Program-made: the position numbers and the translations under genes
Notes under the pieces: model-generated
The model's database searches: none
Seen by the model: the letters and a program-made list of their open reading frames with translations, nothing else
Told to the model about the DNA's origin: nothing
Assembly (NCBI GenBank): GCA_025201805.1
Contig: MU619276.1
Coordinates: 162,805 to 226,804 of the forward strand
Direction: 5' to 3'
DNA length: 64,000 nucleotides
Source: Parasitella parasitica NRRL 2501
Taxonomy: Eukaryota > Fungi > Mucoromycota
Shown: piece after piece, positions 36,798 to 52,187 of the stretch
Numbering within the stretch: the stretch's first letter is position 1
How the letters are laid out: every line of letters begins with the position of its first letter

Positions 36798-37010
36798 GGG
36801 CCAGCTGGGTACAAAAACAACCTAGCAGATACATCAGACGATGATGGCACCAACATAGATGAGCCGCCAGTAGCTGTCAGATTTGATATCTATATCGTGA
36901 AAATACCCTTGCTGTGGGGTTTGCGTGGGGTTAGATTTAGACGTGTCAGTGGTGATCCATGGCGGTACAAAAATACCTGTAGCATGATTTTGGATAGCCT
37001 AAATTTGTAA
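34251..37010 (+). CDS. KIN1: Kin1/MARK/PAR-1 family Ser/Thr kinase with C-terminal KA1 domain
   Basis: LGRGSMGKVK, AVKIV, RTIREA, HRDLKVEN, DFG, TFCGSLYFAAPELL, AYHPLISIYYLV, and KA1 region VYLKGLFSVATTS...GVRFRRVSGDPWRYKNTC. Confidence 0.93.
34460..34552. repeat. Imperfect (TG)n microsatellite in KIN1 intron 1
   Basis: Directly visible. Confidence 0.9.
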
Positions 37011-37371
37011 TAAAAATATTTGAAAAGGTTGTGTGACACTATTTGCATATAAGATACTAGTGGGGGAGGGGAGTGGGTTTTTTGCAAGTTTAAATCGGCG
37101 TGTCCAAGATTTAAGTTGAAGCGAAATACTGCTATCCAATATTCCGTATTATATTCATACCCTAAATGTACTCTTTCATCAAGGTACATGTCTTTATTGC
37201 ATTTAGCTGGCACAATGTGAATTTCATGCGGTAATCTCCTAAAAAAAAAAGTGGCTGTCAATTGCAACCCTATGGTCACCCTACACATTCATTTGACCAT
37301 CGCAGACCCAGCGCATGTTATTATTATTATTATTTTTTTTTTTTTTTTTTAACCATCACATAACGAAAAGA

Positions 37372-39016
37372 ATGGCAAATATTAGGAATTTTGCAAATCA
37401 AATACAGCAGGCTTACACTACACAAGATGAGCCATTATTTAGCCGACTCATTACTATTGACATATCGAGTCCAACAGTGAATGCACTTGCGCAGGACCTC
37501 TATCACGTAAGTTTTGCGTTTTACGGATGATACACAACCAACAACGAAAACGGTATTTTTTTCTCGCCCTATTAGACAAGTGAGCAACAATCACAGCAGA
37601 TTATCGAAAGCATACTCGAAGATACATCTTATGCATTGACAGAGGCAATGACAAACTACATGGAGGTTGTGCGCTACTTGACAAGCAGCGATATTGATTT
37701 TGTGTTTGAAACGTTCGCAAACTTTTACAAGTAACGTTTAAGCAGTTGAAAGCAAACGGGAAGAGAAGAGAGAAACTTATCGAGCATCCTGTAGATCTTT
37801 GATACCTGTCTTTAGTGGATCCGATACCTTTTTCATGCTGCCAGTTATCAAGACATTGTCGACATTGCTTGTACAATTAGCATTCCGTGTAAGAGTGCAT
37901 TTTGCAGAACAAAAATAACGACCCTGCTGAATGGCTGATTGTAGGTTGACAAGATGGGACTAGTCGGCAAAGCTCGCAAAGCAAATACGGCGGCCAGACT
38001 GGTTTCAAAGGTATTCAACACCATGCTGGCCGACCGGACGCCCATCGAGACATCGAAACAGCAAGGCATATTCCACATCACAAACCTGGTGTTCAAAGTG
38101 TACTTTAAACTGAATTCGGTCAAGATGTGTCAAACGTTTATATCCAACATCAGTCAGAGCGCTTTGGACTTGGAGCTGTTCCCCATCAGCCAGCAAGTGA
38201 CGTACAAGTACTACACTGGAAGATACTCGCTCTATCAAGGACGTCTGCAGCATGTAAGTCAAAAGCTGGATGCTCTTTTTTTCCACGGCCATACGCTCAA
38301 TCCCATGTTTGGAATAGGCTCAAAACTATCTCTTGTTTGCGTTTGAAAAATGCCATGCTCAGCAATGGCACAACAAAAGAATAATTCTACACTACTTGAT
38401 CCCTACGCGCATCGTCTTGGGATATTTCCCATCGGCCCAACTGCTAGAAAAGTACCAATTAGCAGCGCCGTATGCCAACCTCGTAAAGACGATGCGAGTC
38501 GGCGACATCCATGGCTACCTGATGCATCTAGACACGTATTTTGAATATTTTTACAGCCATCTTAGCTATCTGCTTCTTAAGGAAAGGGGCCTTGTGCTCG
38601 TTTGGCGCTGTCTGCTGAACAAATTGTACGCCTGCAAGAAAAACGGACGTGCCGACGCTTCTCCAACGCTGGGCTTTGAGGAATGCCTCAAAGCCTTTGT
38701 CTTTTCTTCTCAAGATGAGTCTTACGATCTGAATGACATGGAAAGTATTCTGGTTTCATTAGTGAGCCAAGTAAGTTTTTTTTTTTTTTAAAAAAAAAAA
38801 AGTAGATGGACGGATTGATTGATTTGCTCTTAGGGCTACATTCGTGGTTACATACAGCATCAACGCCAATGTATTGTTCTTAGTAAAACCAACGCTTTCC
38901 CTCCTATATCGAATGTACGCGCTCATGTGGAAAAGTACAATGAGGCCTCTGTGGAGGACCATTTAAAGGAAACGCAGCAAACCGTGCCAAATGAAATAAT
39001 GCAGCTAATGAGCTGA
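37372..39016 (+). CDS. PCI-domain protein PCID2/CSN12/Thp1-like
   Basis: SKQQGIFHITNLVFKVYFKLN, QQVTYKYYTGR, NKRIILHYLIP and GYIRGYIQHQRQCIVLSKTNAFP. Confidence 0.88.
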
Positions 39017-39150
39017 TTTTTGCGCTCTTGAATAAAAGCATTGTTTTTGTTTGAACAAAGAATTTATTGATAAGCTTTTTCCTAGTATTCATATTGGAGA
39101 GCTTGAATCGTTTTGATATTGATTTGATATTTAGAGAATGGGCATCTGAT

Positions 39151-40341
<1,191 letters not shown>

Positions 40342-40907
40342 GCACAATATCAAATTGATCATCAATATATCTTTTCTGAAAAAAAAAAATATCAGTCATG
40401 CCAAACACATGTAATAAAAGAAAGACAGTTTTTAACATGTAAACACCCATTCAGGCCAACAATGCTCTTTACAATGTATTTTAACATTTAGAAGGAAAAA
40501 AAAAAAAAAAAGCAATTGCCTTGGTTATTGACCTTTTTTGTGCTAAAGCTTGAACAGCTAAATTCTTTCTTTTATTGAAAGCGCAATCAATTACTATAAT
40601 TAGCTGAAAATTCGAAAAATAAAGTAATGCATGAATAGCCGTAGTCGTTGGCTGACGATTATGATAGTAGTAGTATTAATAAAAAGGGGGGGGGATGGAG
40701 GAGGATATAGTATATGTGAATAAATATTTGTTGCTTATATGTATATAGAATTCTTTGCATACATGGAGAATTTCGTGAAAATAATTTAAAAAAATTGGGA
40801 AAAAAAAAGGGCATAAAAATGTGGTTGAAGCCTATGTAACTATGTATAAAAATAATGAAAATTAAAGAATAAAAAGAGGGGATAAAGAGCGTAAATGGAA
40901 GCAGCGT

Positions 40908-43297
40908 CTAAAACGGCGAAAATGTGGTGAAAAATTGCGGGTCAGAAAGAATGTCAAAGGGCACTGGACCTTCGTCTTTGTGTTCGAGTGGTATAGACGG
41001 CGATTGTTTTGGCGTGAGGTAAGATGCTGGTGAGCATGTCGCGGAGAGGTCAACACTATCGAAAAAATCAAACCAGGGAGGCAAATCCTGTTGAGTTAAA
41101 GATGATGACGATGATGCATTTGAAACAAGAGTCTGCTCTTGCTGTGATTGTTGTTCGTCCATGATGACAGGAAATATGCTGCTAATATCAAATCTTTGCT
41201 GTTCAGCGTAAAAGTCGTTGATCAGCATGTTGTTATTATCTGGAGCGGTTAATATGCTAGAGGATGGAGAAGCCAGTAAGCCCTGATTGTCTTCTTCGTT
41301 GTCTGCGACATAGGGGCGTTTGTTGTTGTTGTTGTTCTTTGACGACCAGTTTGACGTAGGAGACAAGGACGCAGAATTCGATGGCGAGGGATACCCATAG
41401 TCAAATACAATATTGCAGTCTCTCACTAGAAATTGCTGCAGTACGCTTTCCAAGACAGGGCGAGGAAGCAAGCTACAGTGGGCCTCCTTGAACAGAGACA
41501 TGCCCTTGGAGAGATTAATCATATCGAGTTCATTGTTGTCTTTACTGCTAAGCATAGTATTGTCGAGGTGAATAGAAGTAGCCAGAGTCAACGAGAGGGG
41601 AAATAGACAGTGTAGGTACTTTGCTTGGCCCTGTTCCAGCATTTGCTCGGAAATGCGAATGATAGTGGCTGCAGACGTTGTGCAAATGCTGCTGCTTAGA
41701 CTTTGCATTTCATGTTGGATCGTTCTGTTTAGCATAATTTGGACAGTGTAATACAATATGCGGTACATTCTTGCAATAGGAGAAGGTGAAACATGCTGGT
41801 TTAGTTTTCCATAGTCAAGATAGGAAGGCAGCTGCAATAGCCAGCCATTCAAATCCGACTGAGAGGCTATGCCCTCGCCAATGTCGCTCACAATGTAAGC
41901 AAGTCGGATCATCTCTCTGAACGAGTTAATTTGGAGAGCATATTCGACAGATGTGTATGCCAACTGTTGCTGGTGTTGGTAGCGAGACGGATAGGAAAGG
42001 GCAAACAGCTGGTTATCTTCTAGCTGAGGATACTGGACGTGCTGCTGCTTGCTGATAAATGCGTTTCCGCCAGTACTGCCTGCCAGCCAGCGATCAATGA
42101 CAAAAGAAACCCAGTAGGCACGTCTTTTCATCTCGGTCTGATGCATATCTTGCTTGTCGTTGGGTGACTCGTAGTCCAATTTCAGTTGATGAACAAGAAC
42201 AGACAGACGGTGACGAAGCGCATAGCATTTATGCAAATCGCCTCGCAAGTATGTATACCAGCACATGATGACTGTAGCCTAAAAATGAAGCGAAATTAAT
42301 ATCACCCGAAACACGTGGGGGAGTGTTGGCATTTTTCGTACCTGCACTGTGGACAGATCAGTCGTTGTCATATCATCATGAGACGCGTTGATGGACAGAG
42401 CATCGAATTGCTGATTCAAGGCCTTTTCTTGACCGACGTCCTGGATGCTGTTGTTCAGACGACATCCTAAAAGGAAAACGGCCAGTTTCAGCATAGGATT
42501 CAGCTCTTCGTTTTCAAGTTGAAAATGAAACTGAGGTCTTGATAGAATGGGGAAAATAAAGTTGAAATGGTCAAAGAAGCTTTCGGTCCAAGTAGCGGTA
42601 GAAGTGTGCTTCCACTGCAATGAGCCAGTGGGTGGTTCAAGCACACTAGTCGTCGCTGGAAAAGCGTACATCGTGCCATTGCTGCCCTAGAGGATAGTCA
42701 TAAGAATGGACCTTATCAGTGTTCTGATTCTTTTTCATGCGTGTGTGTGTGTTTTTTTTTTTTTTTTTAATTTAACGTACGTGTACCAATTGGACGGCTG
42801 CTCTCTCTTGCTCGAGAACAGCATCAACTGTATCAGCAACTAAGCACAATAGCGCATTAGCTGCATTTTTGGTTAGCTGGGGCGGCTTGCGGATAGTATC
42901 CACTATACATGTAATATATATATATGGTATGTTTAATTGGATGCAATGTACATAAGCTATACTCATTCTGCAGTCTACCTGATGTTGAATCGCTGCTGCT
43001 GCTGCCGCTGACGACATGAAGGTGCAATGGCTGTTGCGGGATGTGGGGCGGCAGTTGCTGGGCTGTGGTGCCTAAAATCGACTCGATCCGATGCGCTCTG
43101 TTTTCAATTACTTCGACATAACTTTTGGGAGGGCCTCTCTTTTTGAGACGGTCAGAATATTGACAGCATATGCCGATAGACTGACATCGAGAACATGTAG
43201 GTTGAACACCATCGCACTTGACCTTTTTTTTGCGACAAATGGTGCATGCTAAAGTGACTTTAACACGCTTTGGTGGCTGTTCGGTGCTTTTGGACAT
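40908..43297 (-). CDS. Zn(II)2Cys6 transcription factor with fungal-specific TF domain
   Basis: ACTICRKKKVKCDGVQPTCSRCQSIGICC...KKRGPPK, FFDHFNFIFPILSR and EMKRRAYWVSFVIDRW. Confidence 0.9.
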
Positions 43298-45570
43298 TTC
43301 TGTTGGAAGTTTGAAAGGGAAGAAGAAAGAGAAGAAATGGGAAAAATGAAGAAAAGAATGAATTAAATACTATCACAATTAAGGGGATTCTCTTTTTTGG
43401 ACATACAGTTGCTTGAAAGGTTCAAAGTGACGGGATCTTTAAATGACCTTTTTGTTTATAAAGACACAAAAAGTGTGGGGGAATGAAAAGTGATTGGTTA
43501 CAATATTGTCTTATATGGACTTGTGCATATACACCCTCTTTCCCCCTTTCTCCTTTGATCTTTCCATCGGTAAATTCCAGTTTTCATCAGGGGGTGTAAC
43601 CAAGTGAGCTTTTGTGAGTTCCTCTCACTTCCTCAGTATGTCTCCACATGCAGAGCTTGTCTCTGATTGGGCTACGGTGCAGGTTACTTGATCCAGACAA
43701 ACAAGTACATGCCTCTCATGAGCATCACACTTTGTTGCAGAGGGGCAAACGGCAGAAAACACAGGAAAAACATGGTCGGTCCGATCTCTAACTAGCAAGA
43801 TCAAGTGATGAGTGTTGAACATTCTGCCTTGAGGTGACAATGCAACAAATATAGCAAATACAGGAGTACATGTATATAGCTCCTTTATTTTGTAGCAAAA
43901 AGAAAAAAAGACCTGCGAGAAACAGTTCGATACTTTGTATATGTATTTCATATAAATTGATGTTTGTGCATATTCTAAAGATAATGAGATATGTTGTTGT
44001 GTAATCAGAACCAATTAAATCGCAATGTGGAATTTAAGGGTATATACATGCACATTTAAACTTTTATACACGACTCCTTTCGTGTGCTGATAAGGCCCTT
44101 ATTATTATATTTATTAAAATTGTATTTCTGCTGGATTTCTCTTGATGCGTTAATACCACCATTGACTCTGTGTCAATTCGCAATGTAAGCAGCATGTTTT
44201 TAATATGCATTTTCAATGACACACATGGGGATCATGAGACTTGCTAGCATCTTTATACATGGAGCAACTGCCTGAGCTCTACATGTGTCACTATTGCATC
44301 TTGTATTTCATATAGACAGCCCACTCTACTTTTACTGTGCTACTGTACTCGAGTGGTTTTGCGGGTCTCGACCATGTGGCATAATACACACCTCCAAGTC
44401 ATAGGATAGTTTCCTGTAGTAACCACCTAATTATACATGTGTCTCAACGTATCGTTATACCACGCTGCGTATCTTTTGACCACATAACAGTATGGCTGGG
44501 GCTATGTTGCCCTGAATGATCTACGGGAAAGTTTCTTTCATATGCTGCATTTTTTCTTTTTTTTTACATGTTTACTGTGATTTTGCCCAAGGCATCTGCT
44601 GTTGTCATGGTAGTTCATACATATAAGCGCCATTGGCATCATGATCAAAGAGAATCATGATGAGCTCCAAAGAGTTTAATCTCCTCTTGGCTGCATAATT
44701 GAGTCTGCTCACACTCGCCTATTTTATAGCAACGTTCTGAGATCCTTTGTTTTGCGATATTTTGTTTGATATTTGATGGAGCTGGAGCTGCCAACACCTT
44801 TTAGATTCGTCCGCGTGGAAAATTTCTGTTCCACGGAAGCGATAAAAGGAGACTATATTTATTTTTAATTTTTACAATATGGTATTTTGTACCATAATAA
44901 GCAAAGATGGGTTAATTCCATTTTTTTTATATAAGCTTGTTGATATACATATTTTGGTTTTCAACTTGGTTGCTTGGACCACGAAGATGGCATGACACTG
45001 CTTTTGATATTTTCTAGGTTAAAACATATGCATAAATTAATATTTTTCTTTTATGGAAGGCTTCGATCCGATAGTTTTCTGGTTACATAAACATACGAAT
45101 GTTGTTTTAAAAAACCCCTCAAAATTAGAATAAATATGTAATGTCCAATCTGGTCTTTCTATTTGCATGTGTATACCGTATAAGGACAATTGTAGTAGCT
45201 CTGCATAATTCAAGGTGTTATTGTGTGGACATGAAAATGCATTCAGTCCTCTAAAATATAGCCACTAGCCGACTTTTTATTTTGATATCCACGCTCATTC
45301 GCGATAACTTTTGAATAGCCTAGCAGTGGGCACACAAGATTATATTTACAATGTATACCTCTTATATGCATAAATCAACCGGTTTGCATAGTGGTTGCTA
45401 AGGGGATAAGTACGGGAATACTCTACTAATATGTTTTGCCTAAATAGAATCGATGCATTTTCTTTCAAGGAATTTGATACTGCAGATGACACTTGCCGAG
45501 TGGAGAAAAATACAAATCGTGATTCTCAAACTTGGAGAACGCAATTGTGTTTTTTATTTTTTTTTTTTTT

Positions 45571-45631
<61 letters not shown>

Positions 45632-46046
45632 NNNNNNNNNNNNNNNNNNNNNNNNNNNNNNNNNNNNNNNNNNNNNNNNNNNNNNNNNNNNNNNNNNNNN
45701 NNNNNNNNNNNNNNNNNNNNNNNNNNNNNNNNNNNNNNNNNNNNNNNNNNNNNNNNNNNNNNNNNNNNNNNNNNNNNNNNNNNNNNNNNNNNNNNNNNNN
45801 NNNNNNNNNNNNNNNNNNNNNNNNNNNNNNNNNNNNNNNNNNNNNNNNNNNNNNNNNNNNNNNNNNNNNNNNNNNNNNNNNNNNNNNNNNNNNNNNNNNN
45901 NNNNNNNNNNNNNNNNNNNNNNNNNNNNNNNNNNNNNNNNNNNNNNNNNNNNNNNNNNNNNNNNNNNNNNNNNNNNNNNNNNNNNNNNNNNNNNNNNNNN
46001 NNNNNNNNNNNNNNNNNNNNNNNNNNNNNNNNNNNNNNNNNNNNNN
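45632..46046. other. Assembly gap (N run) between long poly-T and poly-A; probably hides the cystinosin 5' exons
   Basis: N characters flanked by homopolymers. Confidence 0.99.
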
Positions 46047-46105
46047 AAAAAAAAAAAAAAAAAAATAACCAAATAAAATGATATTAAATGATTGTGTCAC
46101 CGTAG

Positions 46106-47218
46106 ATTTACAATTTAGCTTTCTACTGCAACCAAGATATCAGAGATCAATGTAAAGTTGCGTATATGACAGACGCTTTATATCAATTAAAATTTGTCTA
46201 TAGATCATCAACGACATCCAAACAGCGAAAATAACCTGGTTCGCATGAACGATGTTGTATTTTCTGTGCACGGCTTCATTATATCTACATTGATCTTGTT
46301 GCAAACATGTGTTTACAAGGTCTGTTCCATTGTTAATTACATTTCCAATAGAATCTTATTTCATTTTTCCTTCAGAAACATGAAAATCAACAGATTTCAT
46401 CCTTTGCTGCATCTTTTGTTTGGTTGGCTGTCATGGGATCAGTGCTAGTTATGTCCACTATACATTATGGTGGAGCAATTTGGTTGGATTTCATGTATTA
46501 CTTGAGCTCTGTTAAATTGATCGTCAGTTTTATCAAGTACTTGCCTCAGGTAAATTTCACAATAGCCTTTGCCTTAATTCTTGAAGATGCAAATGCGCTA
46601 ATCTTGGTGGAACTAGTTATGGTTAAACTATAAACGTCAGTCTACTCAAGGCTGGAGTATAACTTTTATATTTTGGGTAAAGAGGGGCCTTTTGAGCATT
46701 TTTACTATAATATGATCTCGTAACGTGCTTTTTCTTTTCTTGAACATTTCATAGGATTTGTCAGGCGGCCTATTGTCTATAGTGCAGTTATTATTAGATG
46801 CGTACATTGATGGAGATTGGTCTGGCATTGAGGGTGTAGGTTGGGTACATGTGATCACCAAATTGTAAATTAATTCATATTCTATCTTCATTAGGACAAT
46901 GTGAAGCTGTAAGCAAACCATCTGAGAAGTCATCTAAATACCAACTTTTTGTATAGTGGTTTAGGTGTCATTGTCGTTGCTTATGACACAGTCTTTTTAG
47001 TCCAGCATTATGTGTTATATCCTCATCACCATCCCATAGGACACATTGGCGACGAAAGAAGACGATTGATTGTTGAAGGTCGAGTACTCATTGATGACGA
47101 TGAGGGGTCTTCAGATCATGAAGACATTCATAGTGAAGCGTCATCTGTTTTAAGCAGGAAACCTAGAAATGCCAATCGGCATTATGGGTCCACATCCTAC
47201 ATCTCGTCTGCTGAATAA
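46106..47218 (+). CDS. Cystinosin/ERS1-like PQ-loop vacuolar transporter (5' end in gap)
   Basis: VRMNDVVFSVHG, IKYLPQ...NYKRQSTQGWSI, DLSGGLLSIVQL, DNVKLGLG and FLVQHYVLY. Confidence 0.85.
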
Positions 47219-48665
47219 GAATTATCCCAGATTTATAAAATTAACATCACCGCAGATAAAACCTCTATTTCATAAATTAACCCCTAATCAATGATTTACT
47301 TGTTCGCAACGCATGGCTTTAAATCCAAAAATATGCAATACTCGACTGACTCTGAGCTATTCAAAAAAAGAAAAAAGGTTTTACAGGCACCCATTGCTAC
47401 CGCAATATTTTTTATTCGAAACTGTCTTACATCTACAACTAGCTATGATTTCAGCTCCAATATCTATAGAACACAACATGTTGTTGTTGATTCTTTTAAG
47501 AGATTTTTTTTTTTTTTTTTTTTTTACAAAAATAGATCCGTGGTACAAGTAGATCAAGGACCTTTTAGCCCATCAAGTTATATAAAAAGTAAAACCATTA
47601 AATTGGTGGCATAACCCTCAGGTTCACGATTGTGCATTATTTGAAATAAATAATGCACTTTGTACAATGCAATTTATGTAGTTTTACGAGCACTCGCAAT
47701 TTTTTTTTTTTTCATAATTACTGATGTATATTTGTTGAGGTTCGTACAAGTTCTTGCAAGTAACTAGAAAATATCGAGAGAACCAAACAAAGCAATGATA
47801 CATTTCATTTCCCGTCCGTTTGCTTTATGCTGGTCTCGTTGTTTGCTTACTGCACACATAGCTTATGCATAATTGAGGAGGAATGCAATTGAACCCGAAC
47901 TGTTTAAGATTACCCCTATCCATTATTAGGATTTGAAATTTGCCAATCTCTGCTGTGAACGGATTAACAGTTAGACCACCCATTTCACAGATATCTAGTG
48001 CAAACGTTTATAACTAATCCTCTGATCCGGTTTATTTTTGGCACGCATACAAAAAGCACCAACTCGATGAAATATCAATTAAATACTCTTGTAATCAGAA
48101 TTTCTTTTTTTTTAAAAAAAACAGGCGTAATTTGCTATTTCGGTTCACAATTTAAGACTGCATCATAGGATCAAGAGGTGGACGACCATGCAGTCCCTGG
48201 TTTGGGTTTGGGTTTCTCTAGCGAATCAAATGACAGCAAGTGTTCAAGCAAAACACAACGTATCACTTTACATGTGAAAGTTTTTTGACAGATTGCTTTT
48301 TCACACACCCATTGAGGATGTACACCCACCTTTCTTGACGCAGAAATCTAGCTTTTCTTAGGATCATCAACGAGAAAAATTAGCTGTGATGGCCCGGATC
48401 CAGAGCTACAGATCAGGGTTTTGTTGAATTTCCTGCAAAAGGCTCAGCTACTGTGTCAAGATTAGTAATGCAAGGAGAAACGATTAAGCTGATTAATTGA
48501 ATTGTCATTTGCTTACACATTTCTTTTCCCAGTCCCATACTCCCGGGGAACGAATCCCCAATATCAGAAACTCGATCAAAAAGAGAGAAACGCTGACACA
48601 TTCATATTGGAGCTCTTTTTTTCTTCTTGCTTGTTTACTTTTTCCAACAAAATAATATAATAATT

Positions 48666-49471
48666 ATGGTCGAAACACAAACTGCAAGTTACAAATACGA
48701 GTTTGACTCTGTCAAGAGTGCGCTCGAGGATTTTGGTAGGCTTTTTTTTTAATGTTTGTTTGCGGGCGAGAGAGGGAGAGAAAAAAAAAAAAAAAAAAGA
48801 ACGTATGACTCATACTGGTTGTAGCTGCCAACAAGTTTGTCATTGTGATGGATAACGAAGATCGTGAAAACGAGGGTGATTTAATCATTGCTGCCGAGAA
48901 AGTGACAACCGAGCAGATGGCATTTTTGATTCGTTATTCTAGGTAAGTTGCAATACTGAAAAACCTTACAAAGTGCGGGTTGTATTTATCATATGCACCA
49001 TCTGCTAGTGGTTATATCTGTGCTCCTACTACTGGCGAACGTCTAGACGAATTAGGGCTACCTTTGATGGTCGAGAAGAATACCGAGTTAATGAGAACCG
49101 CATATACCGTGTCTTGCGATTACGCCCATGGCACTTCCACGGGCATTTCCGCTCACGACAGAGCATTGACATCACGCAAACTAGCTGACCCCACAAGCAA
49201 ACCCGAGGATTTCATGCGTCCTGGCCATATCCTTCCTTTACGGTCTGTTCCTGGCGGTACTTTTGAGCGCTTTGGCCATACTGAAGCTGCTGTCGATCTC
49301 TGCCGATTAGCTGGCGTCGCACCTGTCGCTTGTATTGGTGAACTGATTAAGGAAGACGACCCCAAGGGCGACATGGCAAGAAGAGACGATTGCTTTGCTT
49401 TTGCCAAAAAGCACAATATCAAAATGATTACCATCAAAGATATAATTTCCTACAAGAGATTGACTGCGTAG
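48666..49471 (+). CDS. RIB3: 3,4-dihydroxy-2-butanone-4-phosphate synthase (2 introns)
   Basis: [34 protein letters not shown] and [16 protein letters not shown]. Confidence 0.95.
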
Positions 49472-50344
49472 ACTATAATATTTAAAATGCGGGGTAGAGT
49501 GAAAATAGAAAAGGGAGGAGAGATCTTTTGTGCGACATGTATGTATATAGCTTTTTTTTTTAAAAAGTATAAAAATAAACATCTATTTTATTTCTTGGAT
49601 TTTCATTTGGGTAGTAAATTGCCATCATCTGAAGGACGTTTTTTTTAAGAGACTCTTTGCAACGGGTATGACACTGACATCAAACAACCATATAGTATAA
49701 CACGTTATTGGCCTGACCGTACATGGTGCCATGTAACACCTTCCAATTTGGGCCAATTTGCCTTGACATGGGACGTGGAACGATCAAACATGAACGCAGC
49801 CAGCACGACTTGTAGACTACTAGTATTATCAGTATAATAGATATATGACATTGTATGGTGTGATTAGTTAAACAAAAACGAGGTGCCGCATTGAATGGCC
49901 AACCTTCAGTCTACTGCAACCTCCTGGAAGATGATAAGGATGCATATGAACACGCCACAAAAAAAGTGAAATGCATCAAAAACTCTGCATGCAAATGTTG
50001 GTTTTTGACTAGATAAAAAGCAAAGCTGTAAGAGTCGCTTCTAGAACAGAAATGCCTCTCTGCGATCTAAAGCTAAATTGTACCTAGACAGCAAATTATT
50101 GGATGATCTACATTGTAAAGCCGGAAAATGAAGGTGAGCATTCATATCTTTGATGCGATCTGCAAAGGATAGCCCGAGACATGTTCAATTAACAACTATA
50201 CTATATTCATCATCAACACGAGGAAATCTATGTTGTTGGCTTTTATTTCTTTTGTATTCTATATCGCCATGGCGACATGCCATTGCATTCCGTCGTTATG
50301 CAACGCGCCGTTTTGTCGAAAATTTTCATCTCTTTGACAGCCGA

Positions 50345-51022
50345 TCAAAAAAAAAGTGCATGCTTTTTCGTCTCTTTATACTTTGTTCTCTCAAGTGAGC
50401 GTTTGGCAACCTCAATATCTGTCTTGATATCTCTAATTAGATTGTCTGTTTTTGTATTATATCTTGGGTGAGTAGTGCGCCCTGAAAACGAGCATATGAA
50501 TCTTACCTAGTGAAGGGTAGTTTTGTTCAGGGCGAATAAAGCCTAATACTAGCACACGAATGCGAGAATCATAGAAATCGTCAGGAAACTCGTGAATAAT
50601 GTGTACTTCCTACGTACTAGTGAGCCATTGGATGTCAATCAAACCCCTTTTAAAAACCTACTGCTGAACGCTTTTCATTTTTAAAGTAAGGGTTCCAACC
50701 TAGACTCATGACCATGGGGTAAACTTGGCTGCCTAAATCTTCGACTTGTGTCCAACCGTAATAGACGCCTGTCTCCAGTCCGGATACCAGAGCATCAATT
50801 GCTTCATCTGATAAATTTGCTGATTATACATTAGTTGGTTGAATCCAAGAGCATACTAGCTGCATTCTAAAATAGTATATTACCAGTAGGAATGCCCAGC
50901 TGTTTTGAGCCTCTGCCGTAACCCTTTACGACAGTTCCGTTCAAAGCAAACGGATATGGATCTGAAGGTGTTTCGGGGCCTACAAGGAGTGGGCGGTCAG
51001 GGTTGATGCCTTGCAGAGACAT
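50345..51022 (-). CDS. FMN1: Riboflavin kinase (166 aa); exons 51022-50884, 50819-50662, 50609-50507, 50445-50345 (not in ORF track)
   Basis: [74 protein letters not shown]. Three GT-AG introns keep the frame. Confidence 0.93.
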
Positions 51023-51217
51023 AATGTACTTGATAAAAAATAAAATAAAGATGAATAGAGATTATCTCCGAATGGGCTCAAACAACACTTTTTTTTTTTT
51101 TTTTTTTTTTCCCCGCCCATGTAGCAATTGGGCTGATTCAGCGACTCGGGTCAATTCGAACCGCACAATCTGTGGAATAGTGCAGTCTGCTGTTGGGTTG
51201 CACTTTTTTCAAATAAT

Positions 51218-52187
51218 TTATTGCTTGACCAGGTTTGACAATCTAGCTAGCGTAGCATGATAGTCCTGCTGACTCGATTCTTTTTCACGGCTGAGTCTGT
51301 TTTTCACTTTGTAGTATCTGTCCAGATGCAGCTCACAGATGTCTTGGTCGTTTTCTATATCCTGTAAATGCACTGCGGTCGGTAGCTGTCTACAGACCGA
51401 CTCTACGGGGACAAACGATGTGTCCCAAATAATTTTGCGGGCCTCAGTGTACTGTTTGGCATCTTCCTTCCATCGGTTTACTTGGTCCTTGAATTCTTTC
51501 GGGTTCAGCGATAAATCGTGCAGCATGGTTTCCATCCGCTGCAATTGCTCGACGTCTCGGTTTAATATGTCGGTCTGCATGCCCTGGTCAATGTACTGTT
51601 TCTCCATCAAGCTCAGTTCTTCAATGTCGTTTCTCGACTGGCTGTAGTCTTGCTCCGCCTTGGCCAACTGTTCTTCCAAGCGCTATTGAAAATAACATGA
51701 GCGGTGTTACCCACTTTTGGATACATAAAAAAAAAAAAGCCAGGCTTGCCTTGAATTTTTCGTCAAACTCGAGTTGGATGTTTCTGTATTTTTCATCGAC
51801 TCTTTCCATGATTAAATCCGTGTCGTCCTTGTCTTCCATATCTGGTGGGTATACTGGCGGCTGAGGGGGTATCTCGCTGTTGTGGATTGCTAGTGCTTCT
51901 TTGGTTAATGGTATGTTTGGCGTTTTGCGAATGGGTTCAGAAAATACTGACTTTGGAAAACTGCGTTCTTTCGGCCTGACATGCACTAGTAAAAAAAAAG
52001 AATGCTTAGCATGCCACATGCGCGTTTTCTGCTGTATACTATACACACTTTCAGAGTGAATTTGGCTAGGTATTGACTGCGATCTGTACGAGCAAGATAA
52101 AGATAGCACGTCTCTATCGACGCTGGGATGGTTCACACTCGACTCCTCTGTGTACTTGTAATGCTTGTATTCTTGTTCTGAATCCAT
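51218..52187 (-). CDS. Hypothetical coiled-coil protein (multi-exon; 3' end uncertain)
   Basis: ATG 52187 (MDSEQEYKHY). ORF pieces with coiled-coil character (EEQLAKAEQDYSQSRNDIEEL). No family recognised. Confidence 0.55.

Noticed and set aside
43300-45600. 2.3-kb gene-free region with a TGATGA box near 43806
   Set aside because: No D box or terminal stem found; treated as transcription-factor upstream regulatory or intergenic DNA.
45431-46100. Poly-F/poly-K/X ORFs
   Set aside because: Artefacts of homopolymers and the N gap.
47600-48665. Possible FMN riboswitch upstream of RIB3
   Set aside because: No match to the RFN consensus by eye; no convincing structure.
50990-51200. GCAGAGACATAATG resembling a group I intron or RNase P/MRP element
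   Set aside because: Explained as the antisense of the riboflavin kinase start; other core elements are absent.
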